This document shows positions 32,001 through 44,800 of a DNA stretch of 64,000 nt, one piece after another. Position 1 is the first letter of the stretch, and each line of letters begins with the position of its first letter. The stretch comes from Phoronis australis. Lineage: Eukaryota; Animalia; Phoronida. Below the pieces are notes generated by a model, which was not told where the DNA came from, ran no database searches, and was given only the letters and a program-made list of their open reading frames with translations. The DNA is taken from NCBI GenBank assembly GCA_002633005.1, contig NMRA01000016.1:524300-588299 (forward strand), in the 5' to 3' direction. A program made the translations under genes and the position numbers.

Positions 32001-33088
32001 AAATGATCTGAACCAAATTGTTTTGTGACGGAATTAGGCAGTTTTATAGCCGGTTCGATGAGCGCAAAAATAGCGGCACATCCTTTCTTCAAAACGACAA
32101 TGTAACTGATTGCAAGGTGAATCAAGTTACTTACAAACTACTTGGCAGTCCATTATTGTGGACTTGATGTGTCGTGTTGAAGAGTGCGACGTAGCGCAGC
32201 TCAAACCAGCCAGCTCATCGCTTGGGTGTTGGTCGCTATGTACAACGTATCGCAGCCACCGCCAATTCATTCAGTTGAAGATTTGAATTATTAATCCCAT
32301 CACAGGGTTTCCCCTGCAGTATCCGCCCTTTGGTAATTTATTGTCTGGCCATCTTATCAGGATACTAAACCCTGATTTAGCCAATGAGGGGTTCTAACTT
32401 CACCCAGACAATTTAAACAAAGTAGTGGACTATAACAACCACCCTAAAAAATTGTGAGAAGTACCGGTATGATAAATCTGCAAGCGTGACTAATGATTTT
32501 GGAAACATAGCTCGACTGATTCGCTTTGCGACGCGGTGAGGACGTTTTTTCAGGAATAACGCATTGTTGCTCAGAGAAGGTATGAATTGTATAATATTCC
32601 AGGTACGAAAGCAAGTTTTATGGTGAAGTCGGCAAAATATGGTTCTGTATCCCGTTTTGGTGTTTTCATTGGACCATCCGAAACACCGGCTTTTCGTAGA
32701 CCCGGAATTTCCCTCTTATGTGAACGTTGTCCGAGCATGTGTGGACTTGTCATTCGGCCAATCATTCTTTTGTTTGAAAATCGCATGACTTGCAATAACA
32801 CTGAAGTCCGCACATCCGCAGGTAATGTTCACCTCTGGTAAGACATTTGAGGCTACAAAAGCACCCGAGGTGTTCCGGAAGGAGTTGGACCACAGCGTAG
32901 TCTTCTCGCTCAGTTAACTACACATTCTTGTGTGTAGTTCTATAAGTTTATAGATTGACGTTTAATTGGAAACAATGCATCCCTTGAAAATAGTCCTGGC
33001 GACCGTTGCGAGATCTCGCTTCTCGTGATACCGAATGGCCCATGCACGTGCTAAGCGCAGGAAATAAGTGTTTCTGTTACTATTTTAG

Positions 33089-33310
33089 AGTGTCCGTTCG
33101 TACAGATGTTACACGCCGTGTTTCTGCAACCGTCAAGTACGCAACATCGTTTGCCGCTCGTGTGGTCACACCTTTCAGGGCCGAGTGCGCAAGTCTTGTC
33201 CCGCCCATCCGAACGTCATTCACTTGATGGACAATGATTCGTGCCCCAACTGTCGGACAGGAATTCTGAGGGAGTTTCACCACGGCACACTGGGTCGGCG
33301 AATTTTATGA
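33089..33310 (+). CDS. Terminal coding exon of a second Cys/His zinc-finger-like paralogue (not in the ORF track)
   Basis: After acceptor TATTTTAG (33088): SVRSYRCYTPCFCNRQVRNIVCRSCGHTFQGRVRKSCPAHPNVIHLMDNDSCPNCRTGILREFHHGTLGRRIL*. It aligns without gaps to the domain in 28910-29095. Upstream exon(s) probably lie in 32550-32910 but are not resolved. Confidence 0.8.
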   Translation, partial: SVRSYRCYTPCFCNRQVRNIVCRSCGHTFQGRVRKSCPAHPNVIHLMDNDSCPNCRTGILREFHHGTLGRRIL

Positions 33311-33865
33311 AGTCGGTTGTGGGCCGTGTTTTGAACTCGTTCGTTTCTCGTCGATAGCTCTACATCCGACTTGATCGCTTTTTTGTGAGTGTTCCACTCA
33401 GCCACGCACTACACACACACGCGCAGACACGCACGCTCACTGTTATGGAAGATATTTGATATAGGAGTATTTCGGATTAACTTTTTACACGAATCTCTGT
33501 ATATCAGTGTTAGAAGAATATTTAATCTTTGACCTTTTACACACGGGGCAACGTATTTTTGTGTGGCTCCTTAGAAAACATGAAATAAATATACTTTGTT
33601 GGTCTTTGGTCGTTTCCTTCGTGACTTGGTGGAACGTTTATGCGTAAAATGCCCAATAGATCGTGATTTGAGAAAGCAACGGGAAAAATACAAGTCATTT
33701 AAGGTATGCATTTTTATAGTGAAATGTAAGTAGAATCTCCAGGATACTTTTAATCCTGCCAGCATCTTCACTTTAGGGTTTTACCTTGCCGACTAAGAGG
33801 GCGGGGATCCGAATTCCTCACTGTTACCGTCAAAATACAGCGAGTACCCTCCGGATGATTGATTG

Positions 33866-34102
33866 CATGCGCGCACCCAGGGGGGCTCGAAGGAACCCCC
33901 CATTTGGCGAAGTGGACAGAAAGGTCCGCCCCTGAGAGACAAAAAGTCCTAGAAAATGGGACATAAATCCAATAAATAAGCGCAAACGCGCAATTCACAG
34001 GTGGTACTCCAGTTTTTTTAGTCCGCCCGCTCTTATGTTGGCAAAAGGTACACAACGTCAGGAATTCGAGCCCCCCCATATTGAAGGCTGGGTGCGCGCA
34101 TG
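33866..34102. mobile_element. MITE with CATGCGCGCACCCAG TIRs; family also at 45623-45867, 55392-55640, 57784-58026 and a partial copy at 63964-64000
   Basis: CATGCGCGCACCCAG...CTGGGTGCGCGCATG with GATTG on both sides. The copies share G/C-run subterminal motifs and internal similarity. Confidence 0.8.
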
Positions 34103-34717
34103 GATTGCTAGATTTCGGTATAGGTATTAAAAGGAATGGAAATTCAGTATTTTTGCGGAAGTGTTGTGCCGCTGAGAAGTAAATATATTCTTCACGACGT
34201 AGACTCTTCGTTGAAGAACGATATCCCAATTGAAAGGGACCCCTTTAAGGAGGTCGTGTGAACTTGATAAAGAGTGTCATTTCCTGAACAACTAACTGGG
34301 TGCCCACAGCTGTTACATTATAATTCAATGAGCAATCCTTCAGAGTGAAGTCCATGAAAATTTTAGTAGAAGACATCCACGGGCCGAGACAGGCACGGCT
34401 GCATGAGAGGTCTCTTTAGGTCGATCAAAGCAAGTTTGAGGAACTCATCAACTAGTGACGCTTTGTACCCGCCTTCGTAAGATCAGGGACGCGCACTCCG
34501 AAAGCCGGACAGGGCGGTAAGAAGATGAACATCTTAGAGAAAAGCCGCTGCGGAGCGTAGGCTACAAGGACGATCAAGAAAAGTCTGGATAGTTGTATCC
34601 AACAAAGCGAGACGGACACGCGTTGAACACGATCGACCTGCATGGTGGACGCACAGGCAGTTGGCTTCATGGTGAACTGGTTATCCGAGCGAGATTGGCA
34701 CGCAATGATGGAAACCG

Positions 34718-35117
34718 GGGCCCGGTCTCTAATCTTTGTACTCGAAACGAACTCGAAACTACTTTTGGCAATTTCTCTGCTCCCTTTGTGCGAACTTAAG
34801 ATAATTGGTTATCAAACTGTGCTCGAATACATTATAGTTTATGCATAGAAGTTTCTAGTTCAAGTTTGCCCTTGAAGACCCTTATATTCGTGCTACAAAC
34901 TTGAGTAAAAACTGGAAATTTCGAGTTCAAACTCGAACTTATTGCTTTAATATTGGGTTTACCAACTGAACTAAGGGCAATAAATTATCTACGTAAGTTA
35001 TTGTGTACTCGAGCATAGAATAATAGACACTTATCTTGAGTTCGCCCAAAAGTAGAGTAGAAAATGCCAAACCTAATTTCGAGTTCCATTTCGAGTAAAA
35101 GATTGGAGACCGGGCCC
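34718..35117. mobile_element. Palindromic MITE with GGGCCCGGTCTC ends (PIF/Harbinger-like termini)
   Basis: GGGCCCGGTCTCTAATCTTTGTACTCGAAA... matches the reverse complement of ...TTTCGAGTAAAAGATTGGAGACCGGGCCC. The imperfect arms exceed 120 bp. Confidence 0.75.
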
Positions 35118-36704
35118 GGGTCTCTCTATTCCACGTCCTCACTTCGTAATATATAACGATAGAAAGCCACGACCACTGCTTATAACTGTAATAAAAATTT
35201 TATCATATGGTATATCGAACTTTATGTTTGACATAGTTGTCAGAAAATCCGTTTTAAGATGAAACTTGCATCGATGCAGCAAATTCAATAAAATTAATAT
35301 TCAAACTCATTTTCCTGAATTTTTATTCTAAGCTAGAATGATTTGAAAATTTCACGATCGAGAAAGCTTGCTTATTCTAATATCGCTTGATGAAATGAAA
35401 TTCAAACAAGTATGTTGCTCTGTCGTGAAGTGAGTTTGCTTGTTTTTTACTTGGCTACAAGAAATTTCTCTAAGATGTCGCTTGGTCATGAAATTTTGTT
35501 TTTACACAAGTAGGCAGGTCATATTTTCATCCCGATCGACGTAACGTAAACATGTGATAGGCCTTATGAGCGAAATCGGGCTAAGGGCTGTGACGATCCG
35601 GCAACTTTCTCTTCGCGGGCACCAAATATCTCTTTATGGCCGTGTTGTCCAGTGTGCTACATTATATTTTTTGATTGGTGTCGCCTGCTATACTAAACAC
35701 AGTACATCAAGATTTTAATTTATTGTTAAAGTCACTGTTTCCTATTTTCAAGACTTGGGCTCATGAGATTGTCAGAAAGTGAATTTGGTTGTCTCAAGGG
35801 TATTGTAGTCTGTAGTTTGTGTTACCTTCACTTCAATCATCAAGCTTTTGATAGTTAGCCAGGTGTGAAGGATAAAAAGGACTGACCCAAGTAAAATAAA
35901 CCTGATACAGAATTGTATGTATACTGTCTAACGTTTATACCTTGACACTCTATAGCATATACATGCGCAATTCGTAATTAAAACAATTAGAATATAATTA
36001 TTATCATGAAGTAGCCTTCGTATTCCCAACGAATACAATGAAATATGCAGCAATTCGTCACTTACAGCATATAATCACAGATTTGGCAGTTTGAAACCTT
36101 GACAGTTGTCATTCTGAAATGTACTTCTTATCTTGTTGGCGGCGCATGAAGGTAAGACCACTTGATTCGACTTCCCCAGAAACCTGAAGCACCATCATGT
36201 TACTTGCCTGTAGGCTACATGCACGTGTAGGTATTTTCTAAAAAAAATAAGTGGCATTAGAAGAAGACAGCTCGATTAATTGGTCGAACAGTATTTATCT
36301 GTGGAACTACATTTATAGAAACATGTTTGTACATGCAGTATAGGCCTAACGTGAAAGTACATGAACTGTTGTGAATGAGAAATTTGTCAACACACCTGTT
36401 TAGATGCCCCCTTCACTTGAAAAGTCCGCGGGTGTCTCGTCGCCAGGTAATAGTTTCATGTCTAAACAAACTAAATTTTGAATTCTGAACAACTGCATCC
36501 AACAAATTGCATCTCACGTCCACACCGTTGTCATGTTGGTTCCCAAGTTTATTTGACTCTCGTGTGCATTTATTGGTATACGTCATACGCGTATGGTCAG
36601 GCTCGAAACATGAATCTGTTGTCCCCCACATTACCGGTGTGGGCATGTGGTGGTCCTCACTCTTGGATAACGCCGTTAACCGTTACATATCCAACAGTAA
36701 AAAA

Positions 36705-37712
36705 CTTGCTCGTGCTGGGTATTCTCTGTCAATACTCCGTACTGTTGACGGTAGGTCAGGAATGCCGCTCGCCCGGGTATACTAATACAGCCGACATTTA
36801 ATATGCCCTCACATATCTGTCATACGGCTCTCTTCTCCGCAGCACAGGCATTCCGTTGGTGTCCGCATTGCATCACAAAAGCAGCAAATGCACCTAAAAT
36901 TACACAAACTAACGTTACACACTTTCATGAATAATGTAATGAACATGTCCTGGGCATTGAAATTAACTCGAGTCCGATGAAACACGCGCGTGCACGAAGA
37001 AGGTCTGACTTAATGGTCTCGACCCCCTCCACGTAATTCGGCAATAGTTCAAAATGGATATCAAATCAAAAAATGAAATTTTGTTTAATTCATAAATTGC
37101 TTGCAACCAAACTTTATCACAGTTTGGTTTCCACCCCCGCAAGCACAGAAACGGAGGACGATACGACAAATTTGGTATGTAAGAACTTTATTTTACACCG
37201 GCACAGGAAAATACAAAACAAGAAACTTTCATAGTAAAAGTGCTGGTCAACGGTAAAATGTGACGAGTATATACCAAGATGCAGTATATAAGGTATGTAC
37301 AATGAAACATATACAATGACAATGACATTTTAATTCAATTCTCAAAAGACATAATTGTACAGGTACATATTTCCGTCTAGGCATTTAAGTACCTGCGTTT
37401 GCCTAATATTCGTTCACAGACTCGTGGCAATGTTTTTGCTCTTCCACTTACTATGGTGAAACATTTGAAGTGATACGGTCATCGTCATCGACTTCAGGAT
37501 CTGCCGCTGTATTCCGCTATTCACTCGAAGTCGCGCCAACCGGCGCACCTGCACCCACTGTTTCGCACCTACAGTATAAGGCTCAAGAACCCCTTCACGA
37601 AGGCCTTCAATGAGAATATCTACTGTGCTCGATGCTTTTTCGTCACATTCGAGTAAAAAATTATCTAAATTTTCCTCTTCGTTGGAAGATTTATCGCTAA
37701 AACTCTGGCATC
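36705..37712 (-). pseudogene. Degenerate P2X7-ballast-like (KolX/nanor-type Zn-cysteine domain) gene relic
   Basis: Minus strand. Acidic exon at ~37712-37450 (..EGVLEPY.., ..DPEVDDDDRITSNVSP). Then acceptor TTTTAG and an exon from 36893 reading CICCFCDAMRTPTECLCCGE, an in-frame TGA at 36811-36809, and a frameshifted AAFLTYRQQYG (36768-36736). Confidence 0.6.
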
Positions 37713-37991
37713 AACAAAAATTCAGAATCTTTACGAGCAGAAACCATAGAAGTTATCTAGAGAACACGTTGATTTTTGTTTCAGGGTCAGAGACGCACTT
37801 TGAACACAACAATTTAGTCTCTGTCTTTCGCGTTCCAGGCTTCTTTAAAGTAAAAGACAATCATTGTTTAGAGGGGACAAATCTATGACTTTTTGGGAGG
37901 GCCCCGAACCTTCGTTTCTATGTTACTCGACGTCACTTTTATGACCCAATTGTGACCCGACCAGAATACATCGACGTCGTCTAGTTTGCAA

Positions 37992-38119
37992 CAGTGCTGT
38001 AGTGGTAAAATTTGAGGTAAGTAGGCGCCTAAGGTCCACAGTATCACCTTGAGCACTTACAGTGCGTAGTCGCTACGTTCAAATGCCAAAAGGTGGTTGG
38101 CTGCCCCACTACAGCACTG
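37992..38119. mobile_element. Short hAT-type MITE with 8-bp TSD; inverted sister copy at 48144-48300
   Basis: CAGTGCTGTAGTGG...CCACTACAGCACTG with GTTTGCAA on both sides (37984-37991, 38120-38127). Confidence 0.85.
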
Positions 38120-38891
38120 GTTTGCAAAGAACTAGTCTAATAGATGTGATAGAATACTGGATGTACCGACCACTTGATTATTGAAGGTAAAATAAAAATG
38201 CAAACGTGTTGATAAAATGAATCAAAATCAAGCAAATTGAACATAGTTATATGTCGGCCAGAGATGCAACGTTACTAATGCCCCGGCAGAGAGAGATTAC
38301 TGAATCACAAAAGTCAGCCAGACTAAACTGACACCACTCAAGATTTTCATGCCTAAAACCCACATTTTACTAAATTTCTTCTCCAAACTTCAGAGGGACA
38401 TGCAATATATATGCAATGAAGGGACTTCCACTGCTCTCGATCTGTACACTCTCCCTGTCAGCGTTAGTCGGCCGGACGTCGTGCGAGCGTCTCAAACTCG
38501 TCCCTGCGAAGGCTTTGGAGGTAAGCTACCTTTATTGCATATGCGTGGTGTATGAAATGCATGGTCTAAAAAGATCGAGATAATCTCCCGTGCATTTAAT
38601 GTGCCGCTTACCTAATGTCGAAAATATTATCAAAACGTGTACTGAAAGCTATCTGCAAACTGAACAACTTACGTTTATCTGTGTATACACTTGAGATAAC
38701 TCCTATTTTATCATATGTCGCGTTCAAGACGAAAGTTGAACCTGGATTAAGAAAGCTGTATCTCGTCCCGATTATTGTTGCCGAGTTTCCAGTGAATCGC
38801 CTCCCGTATTTAATTTAATTCAATTTACGTCAACACTGCATTAGCGGAAGAAGATAACCCGTCGGGATTTTCTCCCAGATAGACCGCCGAA

Positions 38892-41800
38892 ATGGCAACC
38901 GATCTTCACTGGGCTGATTTCTTAACGCTAGCTCTGTATTTTGTCGTTGTGTTGTGTGTCGGATTGTGGGTAAGTATATGAGTAGAGCATTTAGTCGGCA
39001 ACTGAGACATCTACAAAAGTTTACTTGAAACTGGAGATCAACTGTTCCTCAATGTAAGTGATAACGAACCACCAGAAAACTAATATCCGATACCCTATAA
39101 CACTATATCTGCACTGTACTTATATGTTCGCGCCCATAAAACATTTGTTGTCGTACAGGAGGGCATTTCGTCCGTCGTCGGACGTCGTTACCTCACCTTT
39201 ATAAATTTTCTCATGCAAGGATGACCCGGCGTTTGACGGATTCTGAAAAAAATGACTCTGGGGTATCGGGCAAATCTCTTGTTTCTCAATGTTCGCCAAA
39301 ACAACATGACGCAAAGGTATATATGTGTGGTGGAAATGGACCGGCACCAGTCGATTTTTCGGACGGAGTCGCCGTGGCGCCTTGTTGCCCCGACTAATTA
39401 ATGTGAAACTTGCCACCCGTTCCAAACGCCGTAACACCATTCAAGAGTCCATTAAATGCAAGCCGTTACATGCTTGCAGCTCACTGTAATATTACTACAA
39501 ACATTATATACCGTAACACTCTTCAACGAGTCCTACATGTGTGTGGTGCGCTCCAGGATCAAGTCGATGTTTACTCTCGCTGCCAAGATATGGCGACGAT
39601 GTGAATATGAAGTACGTTGAAAATTACGAAATGTTTTTACGAAAGAGTTTTGTGTTGAAAATTATCCCGCCGTAAATCACTCAACCACGTCCAGTAATTA
39701 TCGTGATGTGGTGTTACAAAAGGAATAACACTGCATGATGTGGGCTGCCTGAACTTCCAAGGTAGTACATCATTAGTGCAAAGGAGGTCACATATTTGCA
39801 TGATTTTTGTTTTCAAGTTGCTCAGACCTTTTACACATGCTAACTGAACAACGCCGTTTCACACATGAACACTGCTCCTTAATTTAGGCCAACTTCCGAG
39901 CAAGGCTAACGGGCGTTTAAACTCATTTCACTGATATCTCTCTAAACTCATCTTACTGCACCCATTAAAAAGGTTATGGTCTGATATAACGATCCCAAAT
40001 CTTGAGAACCAGTTTTCTCCTCTGAATAACAGGCATCAAAGTGGTTCTCAAAATACGGGCACGTTATATCCGACTATTACCCCAAAAAGAACTGCTCATG
40101 GACCTGTCCTGTAAACACGGCCAGTGGACCAAAGATACTATATGAACGGACTCAAAACTGCTTATCCGTGTATTTAGTAATAGTGGAGGTCGATCCGTGA
40201 AACGTTAATTCCTTTGGGGTTCGTATGCCGCGGCCGTGCTATGTGGGTGTAGATAAGAGCTAGTGAGACCGTGAGCTAAGAGAACCGTGAGCTGAGTTCT
40301 GTTAGTTTCACTAAGGAGTTTACTATCGTACTATACTCCTTGGTTTCACTTCGTGGTTAGACGACTTTAATTTTTTTGTTTGCAGTCGACGTTCCGTGCA
40401 AGCCGATCGAGCACGTCTGGCTACTTTTTGGCGGGGAAGAACATGACTTGGATACCGGTAAGTGACTGGGTAATTTGACGTGTTTTTTGAGACTTTGCCT
40501 TATTTTTCAAACTGAAAATAAATTGTAGCCTACCAACCTCTGCTTTAAGCAGGCCATTTTCGTACTTCAGTGCTCCAAGTCTCTTTCAAAGTCAAAGCAC
40601 ATTATTTTATTGACAGCTGAATGTTTCAAATTACCTTTCAGATTGGGGCATCCATCTTTGCCAGTAATGTCGGTGCTCCTATGTTCGTCGGATTGGCCGG
40701 AAGTGCCGCCGCGTCCGGTTTCGCGGTGGTGACATACGAATGGCATGTATGTAAACTCATCGCGACATTTATGCAAAGTAGACCAAAAATGTACCCATTC
40801 ATTCAATGACGCTTGTGCATGAAGTACATTTTAACAAAACTAAGAGACATCGTGCTGTTGCCGATGAAAACATTGCACGAGGTAGGCCTTGGTTTAGAGT
40901 TTAAAGACACATTTTTTTCGATATCGTTGTTGCACAGTATATCAAATTTCTCGTAGTCTAGCAATGATACGATCGTTATCCTACAGAATGTCTACTCTGC
41001 GTCAGGCAAAATGAAGGCCAGCGACGTCATTGGTTCTTGTTTCATAACAGCCTCAGTGCTATTGTGTCGCGTAAAGCATCAAACAACGACAACAACACAA
41101 GCAAGAACAACAACAACAACAACAACAACAACAGCAACAACAACAACACTTGGTTCACTTTGGAGGACCCTGATGCTACATGACCCTGTGACACTAACCG
41201 GTGTATTTCAGTGTCGTGGCCATTGATTTGTGACAGATGTCACACTGACAGTTGATGTGGGCTCAGAGATTTAATTACTAAAGCTATGAAAGAAACTTAA
41301 AAAGTTTGATTCAGCGGGACTCGCCTTTTATTCTTTGCATTTTCAGGCCGTCTTTATGATCCTAATGCTCGGCTGGGTGTATGTGCCCGTATACATTGCG
41401 TCAGGGGTAAGTTAACACGAGTTACGATGAGGTTCAACTCGCGCTTACCAACTACTTCTAAATCTAGCAGTCGTTTTGTGAGGGTACGCGTAGGCACAAT
41501 AAGCAGGCCGGGCGGTAATTTCTCCTGCCAGGTCACTGCTGTCTGCATGAAAAGCACTCTATCTTTCTATGCATAACGAGTTTTCTTTACCTTTCGTGTC
41601 AAATTCTTTCATTGTTATGAAGTTACGTATGACAACAATCCACCTCACCTTCCCGTCTGTTACGGTCGGTTCGTAGTTAAACAATGCCGTTAGTGTCGTA
41701 ATGCGGCCTTACCCAGACGAAATTAGTTTCATTTTAATCCACTTATTTCTGGCGCTCGAAATATTTCATTTTCACGACTCTGTATATTTTGTAAGGTTTG

Positions 41801-44800
41801 AATTTGTCGTGTTTCAAATATATTTTCAGTTGAATGTATTTATGTATACTATAGGCTTATACGATGCCAGAATATCTGAAGAAACGTTTCGGCGGTCACC
41901 GTCTTCAAGTCTACATCTCGTTATTGGGCGTGGCGTTGTACATTCTCACCAAAATATCTGTAAGATCAAGGTTTCGTTTTATTTTTACTTGAAACATGAT
42001 AGTCAAAGTTGCTCCATTATCATAACAGAATTAATCGAAATTCTAGTAAGCAGTTCTGAGCATTGCTCCTCCAGTATATGTCAACTTGATCCCGGTGGAA
42101 ACGTTTTCTTTCGATTTTCAGATCGAAATGTACGCCGGTGCTCTTTTTATTCAACAAGTGCTGGATTGGGATCTATATCTATCGGTGGTACTCATCTTGG
42201 GCGTCACTGCTGTCTATACGGTGGTGGGTGAGTATTCACAAGCTGCAGCCACGTGTGCTACGTCCATGAATCACATCGGTGAAAAAAACTCCGTCCGGCA
42301 AAAAATCACACTAAGATGTCAGGGGCAGCAAATATTCCGTAGGCTGTATGCGTGTATTTAGTGTGCGCCCACTCATATATCCGAATTAAGGCACATGCGC
42401 TTTTACGCGAACCACATGAGTAAAAACATATGAAGAGCGTGTTCCAAGTGACGTGCCTCATGGTGGTCCGGTTCCGATGTGTAAGCCTACCTGACTATGA
42501 ATACCTATTTAATTCGTAACTTAATTAAGTTCTTAGGTTGTTTTCCGTTGAAATCCGTTGGTATTTTCACTAGCTTTACAAGGAAAGTTAAATAAATTGT
42601 TTAACGAAGTCATGATCAACAAAATTTCCTTTCTTTAAAAATTTTAACCATGCACTGTAAGTATGGTTCGAACCACACTGTATTAGTTTTATTTATAATT
42701 TGTAAATTAATTACGAAATCATTTAACTAAATTTGCGATCTTTCATGACAGATAGCCTTTGAACTATTATTCCTGCAACATGGGTCCCGTTCATAAAATT
42801 GACTTTGGTCTTACACTTTACACAACTATTGCTGAACAATAATTGAATATCACTGGAGCAGAAGATTAGCCTGAGATAGAGATAGAGTAACAGGCGATGA
42901 ATCAGATACTAAATCTTTCGAGATCACAAACAATATTTAGAAATGCTTGAACTAATTGATCTTTGTCGATTAGAGAATTGCATGTGAACCTGTTGGCTGT
43001 AAAATATCCCGCCATCAAATATTATACAAATGTAGTTGAATAACGAGGGGGTTTGTCGCCAGCTGAAGTCCCCCGATCCAGAGATTGATCTCCCAGTATC
43101 ATATTTCGTCCTCAACAGGTGGATTGGTTGCAGTCATATATACGGACACGCTACAAACTGCGATGCTGCTCATTGGTTGCACATTTCTTGCCATCAAAAG
43201 TCTAGTTGACGTAGGCGGCTTCGAAAGTCTGATGTCACGCTACAAGGACGCTGTCTCCAACGAGACTCTCAAAGACTTCCAACTATATAAAAACCACAGC
43301 TGCGGCATGCCCGATCCAGACTACGAACATATATTCAGAGACCCAGTGGAATCCAACTTTCCGTGGCCAGGAATGACGATAGGACTGACCCCTATCGCTA
43401 TGTGGGTTTGGTGTAACGACCAGGTTGGCACACAGTAGTGGACGCGGGCGAGTCAAAACGATATAGTTAGCTGATCTGTCCCATGGGATATGCAACAACC
43501 CCTCGAATATCTTATTTATGTTGTCCGTTTCTCGGCGCTGAAGTTCTTCAATAGTAAATATATAGCATGGGCGGCGCACCATAGGGGGTGGGGGGGGGGC
43601 TATAGCCCCCACTTTTTTCAGTGCTACGCCGCCCATGATAGCACCGGAGTCTAGCTATTTCATGAAAAGCGACTTAAGACGCCTTAAGTCAGAAAGTTGG
43701 CCTTCACTCCACATAACCATTTCTCAGTGAAAAAATGATCAAAACTCACTTTGGCAAAATTACAAAATATCTGAGAATATAGGCTACTCACAACTGTTAT
43801 TTTCTGAGATACTTTCTATAAATTATTTCTAGGCAATGGTTTTTTAGCAATAACATGAATGAACCTTTATTCAAGAACTGACTTTTAAAATCACTTTTCA
43901 TGAAACACGCCCAGATGAATAACCCTCTTAAAGTGTGCTAAGGTGTTAGTCTTTGGTGTCTGTCATGGGCGATAGGCGGTTTAGCCCGACAATTCATACC
44001 GGTGAAACTCCACGTGGTGTTCGCTCTATCTGCAGTTTTCAGGTCGTTTTTTAACGAAGTCATTGCAGAGTCAAGCTCTTGCTCTGCTATTAGAAAACTG
44101 AAAGGGTTACTAAAAAGTTGTTAGATGTGTTAAACAAAAGTTGTACTTTGTATGATGACGCAGACTAACTAAGAAAGATACACTGTAAGCAGCAAACTAT
44201 AGAATATCACATTCTTGGTTACTTGGGTAGTCCATAGGCCTACACCGAGGGCTAAGCGAACTGAAGTAACCACATGATGTTTTTTCTTTAGGTGATGGTT
44301 CAGCGTTGCCTGTCAGCCAAGACAGTGTGTCACGCCAAAGGTGGCGCCATACTGGGTAGTCTCCTAAAGTTGTACCCTTTCCTCCTGTTTATCCTACCCG
44401 GAATGATCAGTCGAGTCTTATACCCAAATGAGATCGCCTGCTCGTCACCGGAAGCGTGTCTAGACGCGTGTCAGAACCCGGCTGGATGCACGAACATCGC
44501 GTACCCTTTGTTGGTTATTCGCAACATGCCTGTAGGTAAGCAGTTGGGGAAATTCACCCTATGTTCGCATCGAAACGTTTCCTACTGTAACAGACAATTT
44601 GGAGTTAAGAATAAGTAGTACCCTGAAAAATCTCCAAATGTGGCTAACTTCGGAAAATATCTCAGAAATGGCTGGTTGGATTCATTCAGATACTTCAGTT
44701 GTGCACAGTTCTCTAACAGTCTCAGGAATTATTTTTAAAATATTATAATTTTGCACGATGGTCTATCAAAATGATATAAGAAACTGTTCCATGAACGCGG

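Noticed and set aside
41011-41226. Thr-rich mucin-like ORF
   Set aside because: It is the translation of an intronic (ACA)n microsatellite.
41701-42231. 176-aa ORF as a nested gene
   Set aside because: It overlaps two SLC5 exons in other frames plus intron sequence, with no domain signal.
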